64,000 nt of DNA. It comes from Octopus bimaculoides. Lineage: Eukaryota. Of this stretch, positions 52,623-64,000 are shown piece by piece. The stretch spans positions 20,797,543 through 20,861,542 of the forward strand of contig NC_068988.1 of the NCBI RefSeq assembly GCF_001194135.2, given 5' to 3'. Position numbers and translations under genes: made by a program. The notes beneath the pieces were generated by a model, which was not told the DNA's origin, did no database searches, and worked only from the letters and a program-made list of their open reading frames with translations. Numbering within the stretch: the stretch's first letter is position 1; the number at the start of each line of letters is the position of its first letter.

Positions 52623-53949
52623 TGATNNNNNNNNNNNNNNNNNNNNNNNNNNNNNNNNNNNNNNNNNNNNNNNNNNNNNNNNNNNNNNNNNNNNNNNNNN
52701 NNNNNNNNNNNNNNNNNNNNNNNNNNNNNNNNNNNNNNNNNNNNNNNNNNNNNNNNNNNNNNNNNNNNNNNNNNNNNNNNNNNNNNNNNNNNNNNNNNNN
52801 NNNNNNNNNNNNNNNNNNNNNNNNNNNNNNNNNNNNNNNNNNNNNNNNNNNNNNNNNNNNNNNNNNNNNNNNNNNNNNNNNNNNNNNNNNNNNNNNNNNN
52901 NNNNNNNNNNNNNNNNNNNNNNNNNNNNNNNNNNNNNNNNNNNNNNNNNNNNNNNNNNNNNNNNNNNNNNNNNNNNNNNNNNNNNNNNNNNNNNNNNNNN
53001 NNNNNNNNNNNNNNNNNNNNNNNNNNNNNNNNNNNNNNNNNNNNNNNNNNNNNNNNNNNNNNNNNNNNNNNNNNNNNNNNNNNNNNNNNNNNNNNNNNNN
53101 NNNNNNNNNNNNNNNNNNNNNNNNNNNNNNNNNNNNNNNNNNNNNNNNNNNNNNNNNNNNNNNNNNNNNNNNNNNNNNNNNNNNNNNNNNNNNNNNNNNN
53201 NNNNNNNNNNAAAAGAAAGAAAAAAAAACTACTGCTTATTTTGTTTTGTTAATCATACATGTGCAAAACAAAATTATACCCCCAGCAGTGCATCAACGCA
53301 AACTGTTTCATAAACTACTGTTCAAGAATAAGCAGGATTTTGGTGGGGAGGGGAGAATCTTTAAGGAAATTATTCTTTACTTTCAAGTGCTAGTACTTTG
53401 GGTGCCAAAAAATATTAGTGGAAGAATTTTATCTTACAAATTAAAAGAGTCATAAATCATTCTGTTGAACAGCTCAGGTAGTTAGTCAGTCACAGAGCAG
53501 TAAGCATCTTAATGAACTAGCAGACACTTGAGTATGTGTGACAGTTTGAACGAGGATGCATAACTGTGCATATGCTTGTGTGTTTCTAACATGAATGAAT
53601 GAATGAATGAATGAATATATATGTGTTTATGACTGTGTTTGACTGATTTTGTGCGTGTTTGTAATTGCATCTGTGTGAATGACTACATGTGCATATGAAT
53701 GGATATGTTTGACTGGGTGCGTGACTACATGCGTCTGTGTGACTTAGTACATGTTTGTATGAAGAGTGTAGGGCTAAATAACAAATATAATTTTAAAATA
53801 TTAATGAAAGATATAGAGCCTGACAAAGCACCAACAGGAGGGGGGAAGGGGGACTTACCAGTTTTATGGCAATGATCTTAGTACTCAGTGCAGCTATTGA
53901 TGAACTGTAGCACAGCTATGTGTTTTTTTTTTCTTTCTTTCTATTCGTT

Positions 53950-54345
53950 TCACTCATTAGAATGCAGTAATGCTGGGGGAACCACTTTGAAAGATTTAAT
54001 TGAACAAATTGACCACCCCAACCCCATGAATACTTATTTTCAAGCCTGGGACTTATTCTATCAGTCTTTTTTGCCAAACCTCTAAGTTACAGGGACATAT
54101 GCAAATCAATACCAGTTGGTAAGTGGGGAGGGGATAAACTCAAAGACAGACACACAAACATGTATATATACCTATAAACACATGATGGGCTTCTTTCAGT
54201 TCTCACCCATCTACCAAATCCACTCACAAGCTTTAGCCAGTCTAGAGCTATAGTAGAAGACACTTGCCCAGGGTGCCAAGCAGTGGGACTGAACCTGGAA
54301 CCATGTAGTTTGAAAGCAAAACTTCTTACCACACTACCACATCTG
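53950..54345 (-). mobile_element. Older B-type SINE
   Basis: Reverse complement of the diverged B consensus. Confidence 0.78.
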
Positions 54346-54349
54346 CACC

Positions 54350-54812
54350 TCATCATCATCATCATCGTTTAACGTCCGCTTTCCATGCTAGCATGGGTTG
54401 GACGATTTGACTGAGTACTGGCAAACCAGATGGCTGCACCAGGCTCCAATCTGTTCTGGCAGAGTTTCTATAGCTGGATGCCCTTCCTAATACCAACCAC
54501 TCTGAGAGTGTTGTGGTTGCTTTTACGTGCCAGCAGCATGAGGGCCAGTCACGTGGTACTGGCAACAGCCATGCTCAAATGGTGTTTTTTACGTTCCACC
54601 TGCACAGGAGCCAATCGAGCGGCACTGGTAACAACCTTGCTCAAATGTTTTTTCACGTGCCACCAGCACAAGTGCCAGTAAGGCGATGCTGGTAACAATC
54701 ACTCTCAAATGGTGCTATTTACGTGCCACTGGCATGGAAGCCAGACAGCTGCTCTGGCAATGATCACACTCAGACGGTGCTGTTAGCATTCCACTGGCAC
54801 GGGTGCCAGTCA
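54350..54812 (-). mobile_element. Family D retroposon, longest copy (four modules plus a partial fifth)
   Basis: acgt anchors at 54525, 54591, 54655 and 54721 (period 64-66 bp). Confidence 0.85.
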
Positions 54813-55200
54813 TCGAATTTGGTTCAATTACAATTTTGATTGTCACCTATATTTGCAAAAGAAAATTATGAACTCCAAGAATAAACAGTTGCATGTGTAA
54901 ATTTAGTGGGTTAACTGTAGCAGAGTGTGAGCTAGCAACAGAGTAATAGGGCGAAAGAGAGAGAGAGAGGAATAAAAAGGGCTCTCTAGTAAAAGTCAAG
55001 ATAGCTGAAGAAATAAAATACTGAGTTAGCTTTCCATAAGATAATTTAGGAGTTAAAACCTGGTGTAGGCTTTTTGCCAGATTTTATTCTACACCATCTT
55101 AGTTTATTTAACAGGAATACGTTTCAGATTATTTGGAAATATTACTTGAGATAGACTGGCATCCTATCCAGGAGGAAGATTTTATCTCTCATCTGCTTAA

Positions 55201-55420
55201 CCCTTTCGTTACTGTATTTATTTTGAGATGTTCTGTGTTTCTTTCAATTACTTTAAATATAATAAAGAATTTAGTAAAATAACTTAGTTATCATTCAGCT
55301 AGTGTTAGGAACATAAATTGTGACTAAGATTTGGTGGAGGATTTTAATTCAAACCTTATGAAAATAGGAGATTTGTACTCAGAGTCAGAGCCGGTTTCAG
55401 CTGGGTTGGTAACGAAAGGG
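55201..55420. mobile_element. piggyBac-type MITE (family 2)
   Basis: TTAA|ccctttcgttac ... gtaacgaaaggg|TTAA with perfect 12-bp TIRs; second copy starts at 63833. Confidence 0.88.
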
Positions 55421-57126
55421 TTAATACTATGAAACTAGAGCTACAAATTGGCTCTTGAAAGGTCCTAGATATTAAGAGTAAATTTATATTTTGTAACAAG
55501 TATTTAACCATTTTTTTCTTTATTACTGGAATGAAATGAGTTAAAAATGACACATTGGATGCATTGTATAAAGTTGAATCCATATTAACATAAAGGGCAT
55601 TTGGGAATGAAAGCAAGCTACAGTGTCGGCAATGAAAATAACCGAGATTATATTGGCATACAGATAGAACTGATAATGAGCAGAATTTATAGAAATACTG
55701 TCCAAAGAAAAATTATTAGTGATCAGTAGATATAGGTCAGAGCTGAAGAGAAAAGTGGTAACAAGTGATAATGTAAAATAGCTGGAATTGTGTGAGTCTC
55801 CAATACAAAAGCTGGACAGAATCCATTATAAGGATACATTGCATAAATCAAGTAAAGAAACTAATCCACTATCAATACCATCATCGTATCATTAACATAA
55901 TCCTCTGTTGTATCACCATTCACTTTTTCCATGTAGATATGAATCGGTTAGTTCTGTCTCTTTTTATCTTTCAATCCTGTCATTTCCCCCCTCAGTGTGA
56001 TCTAACTGTTTCATCCCTAGACTTCTTTGATCTGCAACAGGTACATTTCCTCATTCGATTCACACTGCATATTTTGTGCTTTATATCTATTTATTATTGC
56101 TTGGTCTGGTGTGTGAAGGCTGTGCTCCTGACCTTTGCAGACCCTCTGAGATCCGGTTAGATCAATATTGCCCATGTTCAGCTATGAACATCTATAAATC
56201 AGCTTCTGCAGGAGAAAAATATGGGTGGTAATGGATTTCTGATAAGTTGACATTCTGGGGGAAGAAAGATCGTGACACAAGGTTGTGTATGTTCTGGGGG
56301 TAGGATAAGATATAATAGGGGAAACACAAACAAGAGAGAAAAGGATATAAGTATCACATCCATTACCATAACAATAACAATGATTTTTTTTTTTTTTTAA
56401 TAGACATAAAACCCAAAGGAAGTTGAATTGAGTGTCCTGTATCAGGTAACACCCCTAAACATGTATAAGGTTATGAACTCATCATCATAAAGCCAGAAGC
56501 ATAGCATATTCTTTTCTCAGCTGCTGCACTCCAATAATAACATCGGGGATTTCTTAGCACAAAACTAGAAACTTGTAAGTGGAAAAGGAGCATTAAGAAG
56601 GATACCCAGCTACAGGAACCATCCCAAAGCAAACACTGGAGCTTGGCACAGTCCTCTGGCTCATCAGTTCCTGTCAAACCGTCCAACCCACACGAGTATG
56701 GAAAACAGATGTTAAATGATGATGGTGCTTTTGAAGGGGGTATAACAAACTGACCCTGGCATATAACTGGTATTTATTTTATGTTATTTATACCAGATGA
56801 ACAAAACAAAAAAGAAAAAAAAGAACCTTATCATTGATGGTGTTTGAACTCAGAATGTAATGGTGTGAAATTAAATACTGTAAGGTATTTAACAAAACAC
56901 AACTATATCTGCCAGCTCATTACTTAACAACAACAAAAATACTTCCTTATTGAAGCACTAGACTTCAGAATTATGGAGATGCGGGAAATAAGACTGAGTG
57001 ATATTCATGCCTTTCTGAACAGGCACGAGCAACACAATCAAAGTAAAATGGCTGCAACTAGAAAGTGAAAAAGATTGCAGATTTGGTTTTTGTCTAGAGC
57101 TTACATCTATTTCACAGTGCTTACCA

Positions 57127-57221
<95 letters not shown>

Positions 57222-58593
57222 NNNNNNNNNNNNNNNNNNNNNNNNNNNNNNNNNNNNNNNNNNNNNNNNNNNNNNNNNNNNNNNNNNNNNNNNNNNNNNN
57301 NNNNNNNNNNNNNNNNNNNNNNNNNNNNNNNNNNNNNNNNNNNNNNNNNNNNNNNNNNNNNNNNNNNNNNNNNNNNNNNNNNNNNNNNNNNNNNNNNNNN
57401 NNNNNNNNNNNNNNNNNNNNNNNNNNNNNNNNNNNNNNNNNNNNNNNNNNNNNNNNNNNNNNNNNNNNNNNNNNNNNNNNNNNNNNNNNNNNNNNNNNNN
57501 NNNNNNNNNNNNNNNNNNNNNNNNNNNNNNNNNNNNNNNNNNNNNNNNNNNNNNNNNNNNNNNNNNNNNNNNNNNNNNNNNNNNNNNNNNNNNNNNNNNN
57601 NNNNNNNNNNNNNNNNNNNNNNNNNNNNNNNNNNNNNNNNNNNNNNNNNNNNNNNNNNNNNNNNNNNNNNNNNNNNNNNNNNNNNNNNNCTTTTAAACAT
57701 TACTAAACTAGTTTCTCACACTACTTTCTGACACTTGTGTTACTCTAAAATTATGTAATTCAAAGCAGTGAATTTTGTTGAAGATATATCAAGGACACAT
57801 GCTGCTCATTACTTTCGTTGTTGTCAATTTTATTTTATTTTCTGGCCTCAGGTCAATCCTGACCTAACAGGTCTCTGATCAAAAGCATTCCATCCATGAT
57901 TTTTGTCTTTTATTCACATGCACAGAGTATCTAGGACCACATTATTTAATGTGTCTTCTCTGTTTTAAGACAGTATGGTGTCAATTTTTTTTTGTATAGC
58001 TTGGTCAAGATGTAGACTAGTACCTATAATCTTTGCAAACTCTCAAGAGACCCATGAATCTGATTCAGCTAATGTTCAATTTGAGCCACTTCAAGATGAG
58101 GTCAAGAAAATTCCAGAGGTCTGATGCTCTTGGGTGAGAGAGATTGGGAAGAATGGTTACTAATGCCCAGACACAATATATGCTATAAGAGGGAAAAACT
58201 ACATCAAGTGGGTTTCAGAAGAGAGGATATACCACTGGCTGGTTCAGAGGTAGGAGTAAAGGCCCTTATAGTACCAACAGACCAGGCAAGGAGAAGAGAC
58301 AATACCATCTGTGGGTCAGAGGTTGTAAAGAGTTGGTGAGTCTCTGAAGGAGATTTCATTACTAATTTTAGCCTTTGTGGCTGTTTTTGTTGTTAGGGTT
58401 AGGGTTTTTGTTTTGTCCAATGAGGGCATAACAGAACATAAAATGATAAGGTTTTGTCATTTCACATTCATTTTTAAATGCTAACACCGAGGGAATGATA
58501 TTTATCAAAGCAAGTATTTTGCCTCTTTACAGTTGAATGTCCTTCCAATCATTATATGCAATGAATGTTATTCTGTTTACTTAACATAATACA

Positions 58594-58646
<53 letters not shown>

Positions 58647-59051
58647 NNNNNNNNNNNNNNNNNNNNNNNNNNNNNNNNNNNNNNNNNNNNNNNNNNNNNN
58701 NNNNNNNNNNNNNNNNNNNNNNNNNNNNNNNNNNNNNNNNNNNNNNNNNNNNNNNNNNNNNNNNNNNNNNNNNNNNNNNNNNNNNNNNNNNNNNNNNNNN
58801 NNNNNNNNNNNNNNNNNNNNNNNNNNNNNNNNNNNNNNNNNNNNNNNNNNNNNNNNNNNNNNNNNNNNNNNNNNNNNNNNNNNNNNNNNNNNNNNNNNNN
58901 NNNNNNNNNNNNNNNNNNNNNNNNNNNNNNNNNNNNNNNNNNNNNNNNNNNNNNNNNNNNNNNNNNNNNNNNNNNNNNNNNNNNNNNNNNNNNNNNNNNN
59001 NNNNNNNNNNNNNNNNNNNNNNNNNNNNNNNNNNNNNNNNNNNNNNNNNNN

Positions 59052-59111
<60 letters not shown>

Positions 59112-59769
59112 AAAGAGAGAGAGACAGAGAGAGAGAGTGATGGGGTATAACATGCATTAAACAAAGAAATGATATTTATTAAAAAGCTCATACATAAGGA
59201 GCTAAAAGTTCCAACAACTGCCTATCACACATAAAAAGGAACACCATTTATTTCTGTGGGGTGTGGGGAGTCCTTGCTATAGTAGACATATGGAGTTAAT
59301 TAAAAGCCCATCATTATAATCATCGCTGAACAGAGAAGGAAACAAAATAGAAGGCCCAGGCCAAGTTGCTGTTTTGATAGATATAAACTACTGCGGGTCT
59401 CACTCACAAAAGATGTTGAGAAAGAAGACTGAGGACAAGATAACAATGTGTGTGGGATATGGAAGGAAAAAATATATGAGGGAGACGGAAGAAGAAAAAG
59501 AGCATATGAAAGGGGAGGATGTCTGTTATTTTGTTTCGTTTTAAGAAAAACCAAGAGAGGCAAGAATAGCACATCCTAATGGGAGAAGACGGACTATGAT
59601 GATATTCTGCATCTCCAAATATTGAGCTGTTAGAAGAAGCGCAGCAGAGTTACTTGGAATCGTTTCAGGTAAAAGCAGAAGAAAAGAACAAATATGATAG
59701 AATGAGGAAGAAATGAAAGAAAATGCTGAAGGTGTTGGTGACAGGAGATGGGGAAAAAAAGAGTATTAA

Positions 59770-59989
59770 TCCTTTAGTGTTCAAATTACTCTGTCAAATG
59801 TAAAACTTATTTATTCATATTGTTTTGAATTAATAATATATTGTCTCATAACTTTGAGATTTTGATGCTGTTATTGTCTATTTTTAAAATGGCATTGTAG
59901 GGTAGGTGTGAGAGGTTAGATCAGGCCAGTTTGAACATAAAACAGAAGAAATATCTGGGCCAGATATGGCCGGTTTAAACACTAAAGGG
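59770..59989. mobile_element. piggyBac-type MITE (family 1)
   Basis: TTAA|tcctttagtgtt ... aacactaaaggg|TTAA. Confidence 0.75.
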
Positions 59990-60035
59990 TTAATGAGAAA
60001 CAACCACCTTATAAAACAAAAAGAATAGTTATTAC

Positions 60036-60665
60036 CATCATTTAATGTCCACTTTTCCATGCTTGCATAGATGAGATGGAATTTGTTGAGGCCCTCCTGG
60101 TCACCAACCCTCACCTGCTTCCAAGCAAGGCAATATTTCCCCATGGCCAAACATATTTTTCATAGATGACTGGAAATGAACAACTTTGCTTGGATGGCAA
60201 AGATGCTTATTTACAACCATCATGTGATATCTAGACAAAGGTACATATAAATACACACACACACCTGATGGGCTTCTTTCAGTTTCTTATTTCTTTATTG
60301 CCCACGAGGGGCTAAACATAGAGGGGACAAACAAGGACAGACAAAGGGATTAAGTTGATTACATCGACCCCAGTGCGTAATTGGTGCTTAATTTATCAAC
60401 CCCGAAAGGATGAAAGGCAAAGTCGACCTCGGCAGAATTTGAACTCTGAACGTAACGGCAGATGAAATACCGCTAAGCATTTCGCCCGGCATGCTAACGT
60501 TTCTGCCAGCTCACTGCCTTATGGGCTTCTTTCAGTTTCTGTCAACCAAAATCATCCACATGGCTTTGTTCAGTTTCAGACTATAGCAGAAGGCACTTTC
60601 CTAAGGTACCATATAATGGGAATGAACCCAAAACCACATGGTTGGGAAGCAAGCTTCTTAACCAC
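60036..60665 (-). mobile_element. Older family E SINE with a nested SINE C
   Basis: D-type tail at left, B-type head at right, interrupted at 60288-60520. Confidence 0.75.
60288..60520 (-). mobile_element. SINE family C, full length, 20-bp TSD
   Basis: atgggcttctttcagtttct at 60268-60287 and 60521-60540. Confidence 0.92.
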
Positions 60666-60846
60666 AGATCCTCGTCTACATCCATTATGTTATGTACTTG
60701 AATTTAATTATCAAGTTTGCTAGGGACGTACATTCTTTCAAAAGAATTTCAGAGTTATTTTGGTGGTGGTGTNNNNNNNNNNGTTTTTTTTTTTTTTGGT
60801 TTGTTTGTTTTTTTAGTGACAAAAATAAGCTTTATTTTAAAATTGT

Positions 60847-61253
60847 GGGAGTAGCTGTGTGGTAAGTAGCTCGTTTACCAACCACATGGTTCAGGGTTCA
60901 GTCCCACTGCGTGGCACCTTGGGCAAGTGTCTTCTACTATAGCCTCGGGCCAACCAAAGCCTTGTGAGTGGATTTGGTAGACGGAAACTGAAAGAAGCCT
61001 GTCGTATATATGTATATGTATATATATGTCTGTGTGTGTGTTTGTGTGTCTGTGTTTCTCCCCACAACACCGCTTGACAACCGATGCTGGTGTGTTTACG
61101 TCCCTGTAACTTAGCGGTTCGGCAAAACAGACCGATAGAATAAGTAATAGGCTTACAAAGAATAAGTCCTGGGGTCGATTTGCCCGACTAAAGGCGGTGC
61201 TCCAGCATGGCCACAATCAAAAGACTGAAACAAGTAAAAGAGTTAAAAGAGTA
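60847..61253 (+). mobile_element. SINE family B, full length
   Basis: B consensus. Confidence 0.9.
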
Positions 61254-61641
61254 TGTCATAGCTGATAAAGATAATTAAGCAATGAGTGATTGCAATGATG
61301 ACAATCTCAACCAGATCATTGGTTATCACACATACAGGACTGTTATTTTATATATACCCTTTTCTTTTCAAAATATTAGGGTGCAAATTTGAAAGTGATT
61401 TGGCTGGTTTTTCAGGCAGATCAAGTGATCACATAATAGAGTCCCCCCTCACTGGCTCATGAATAATATTATATGAAGACGCATCTACTGAGATGTCAAA
61501 AAAGCTAACTTACACCAACGACTCCACTGTGGTGGTGAAAATAGGATGATAGGCAAAACAGACTCTAGAAAAAAAAAGAAGAGCACACAGAGAGATGATG
61601 AAGGAAATGATGACAACATGAACAGCATTTTGCACAATTTT

Positions 61642-61992
61642 GCATGGCTGGGTCGAGCGGGATCGTTTGCCAGTGCCCCCGGACTGGCCCATGTGCGGGC
61701 GACACATGAAATCTTTCAAGCGGGATCGTTGCCAGTGCCCCTGGACTGGCTCTTGTGCGGGTAGCACATAAAAGACACCATTTCGAGCGTGGCCGTTTTC
61801 GTGCGGGTGACACGTAAAAGCACCCACTACACTCTCTGAGTGGTTGGCGTTAGGAAGGGCATCCAGCTGTAGAAACTCTGCCAAATTAGATTGGAGCCTG
61901 GTGTTGCCATCCGGTTTCACCAGTCCTCAGTCAAATCGTCCAACCCATGCTAGCATGGAAGGCGGACGTTAAACGATGATGATGATGATGAT
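61642..61992 (+). mobile_element. Family D retroposon with rearranged modules
   Basis: Two cgggatcgt..gccagtgccc..ggactggc units, D core, (GAT)n tail. Confidence 0.85.
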
Positions 61993-62375
61993 GTGTGGTT
62001 AAGATGCTTGCTTTGTAAACATGTGGTTTTGGATTCAGTTCCACTGTGCAACACCTTGGGCAAGTATTTTCAGTTATAGCTCCGATCCAACAAATGCTTT
62101 GTCAGTGAATTTGGGAAACAGAAACTGTATGGAAGCCCACTATGTAGGTTTGTATGTATGCATGCGCATGTGTGTACGTGCGTGTGTATGTCTTTGTCTT
62201 TGTATCTCCAACTACTACTTGACAAATGCTGTTGGTTTGTTTACATCCTCATAACTGAGTGGTTCAATAAAATAGAATGATAGAATAGGTACCGAACTTA
62301 ATAAGTACTAGGGTCAATTTATTTGACTAGACCCATCAAAGTGGCATCCCAGCATGGCCACAGTCCAATGACAGA
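61993..62375 (+). mobile_element. Older B-type SINE
   Basis: Diverged B head and 3' domain. Confidence 0.7.
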
Positions 62376-63201
62376 GACACGTGCAGACAAAAGACCGTAC
62401 ACCTTCTTTACTAGACTAGCTCAACATGACAGATTTTACGATACATTAAACAGGACAGATTCCATATAGGACTGTCTAAGTCATACATTAACAATATATA
62501 TTCGAAACAAGATCGAATTAGTACTCAGATTTTGTTATACACTGACATTACAGATTCAATACTCGTCAACACCAATGAGCGAAGTCAAACGAAAAAGAAG
62601 ACAATTTTACGACAACAAGAGGAGAAACTACAGAAAACAGAAACTACACACTAATTGTAATAGTTCAGATTACAAACAGGTGTCTTATTTTCAAACTGAC
62701 CACATCCTGCCTCTCACACCTACCCCACAATATTTTTTCTAAAAGTAAACAATTTCATCATATTGAAATCTCGAATGCATGATTAATTCAAAACAATCAA
62801 TGTGAATAAATTAGTATATTTGATAGGGTAATCTGAAATACTAAAGGGTTAAGGTATGCCAAATTTTTTACCCGGTTTTGATCCCCAGTTACAGCCATTT
62901 CTCTTCAATTAATAATTACCTGCTATTTATAGCATGAACAACACACAATCTAATTTTTCTCATTCCTGTAAATCTGAGATAAAAACCAGAGTTTGAGGAA
63001 ATTAGCAGCATTCTAAATTGGTTTAAGTCATACAAAAAAATCCTCAATTTTTAATATATTCATATACTATTAGGAGCCGTGGGGTTTCAATTTTGAGCAA
63101 AGCCTCTCTTTAAAGTCCTTGTCTCAACACATTTTTGAAATCTAGCCTAATTACACTTGTTCATTTGGTTAGTTCTACTGTAATTCAGCTATCTTGTATC
63201 T

Positions 63202-63590
63202 TTTACTTGTTTCAGTCATTAGACTGCAGCCATCTTTGGGGCACCACCTTGAAAAACTTTTAGTCAAATGATTCAAACCCCGTACTTAATTTTTTTTTTT
63301 TTTTTTTTTTTGGTGCTAAGCCTGATACTTATTCTATCAGTCTCTTTTGCCAAACTTCTAAGTTATGGGGGCATAAACACACCAACACCGATTGTCACAC
63401 AGTGGTGGGGGGACAAGCACACACACACATATATACAATGGGCTTGTTCCAATTTCTGTCTATCAAATCCATTCACAAGGCTTTGGTCGGCCCAAGGCTA
63501 TAGTAGAAGACACTTGCCCAAGGTGCCACAGTGGAACTGAACCCAGACGCATGTGGTTAGGAAGCAAGCTTCTTACCACGCAGTCACACC
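63202..63590 (-). mobile_element. Older B-type SINE
   Basis: Reverse complement of the diverged B consensus. Confidence 0.8.
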
Positions 63591-63832
63591 AGTTGTTTAC
63601 TTTTGTTTTGCTTCTCCTCCAACCCCCTCCTATTTTCTTTCATTAACTCATTTTATATTTAATTCTGATAAGAAGTGAATGTCATTAAAAGCAAAGAAAA
63701 AAAATTTCAGCACAGGCATAGCTATGTGGTTAAGAAGGTGCAACTATGTGGTTTCAGGTTCAGTCCCACTACATGGCACCTCGAGCCAACCAGTGCCTTG
63801 CGACTAAATTTGATCCCTCCTCCACTGCTTAA

Positions 63833-64000
63833 CCCTTTCGTTACCGTAATTATTTTGAGATGCTCTGTGTTTCTTTCAATTATTTACCAGGTGGTGCTAT
63901 TAAGTTAGACATGGCCTGGGCTTATACTGGCCAATCATTAAGCTAGTGTCAGGAACCTAAATTGTGACTAAGGTTTGAGATTTTAATTCAAAACTTATAA
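63833..64000. mobile_element. piggyBac-type MITE (family 2), cut by window edge, with an internal substitution
   Basis: TTAA|ccctttcgttac; internal sequence similar to 55201-55420. Confidence 0.8.

Noticed and set aside
54517-54812. CRISPR-like array or hammerhead retrozyme reading of the D modules
   Set aside because: The units diverge throughout with no unique spacers or cas genes, the context is eukaryotic, and there is no CTGATGA/GAAA core.
55792-56210. 122-aa plus ORF and a minus-strand acceptor with a short ORF
   Set aside because: Composition suggests decayed repeat; there are multiple stops and no consistent exon model.
58392-58403. TTAGGG telomeric repeat
   Set aside because: Only two units, which is expected by chance.

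Overview
AT-rich eukaryotic draft-scaffold sequence with five large and several small N gaps, almost all beside microsatellites. It is dominated by tRNA-derived SINEs, MITEs and simple repeats. The composition and repeat families resemble coleoid cephalopod (Octopus-like) DNA; this is an inference, not a database result. I cannot confidently identify any protein-coding gene, RNA gene or CRISPR array, and nearly all ORFs in the track are by-products of microsatellites, SINEs or gaps. The only clearly recognisable protein sequence is the C-terminal end of a restriction-like-endonuclease non-LTR retrotransposon (R4/Dong-like, 5047-5401, minus), inserted in a (TAA)n microsatellite. The best-supported biology is a modular retroposon community (my labels A-E) that shares heads, bodies and tails. 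It includes young copies with clean 11-20 bp TSDs, a headless family built from tandem ~65-bp hairpin modules, and a probable heterozygous SINE insertion assembled as two haplotypes. piggyBac- and hAT-type MITEs and a Helentron/DINE-1-like element are also present. A SINE-poor stretch (~24-30 kb) holds candidate minus-strand first exons. Scattered splice-site-bounded open frames may be exons of an unidentified large-intron host gene (all low confidence).
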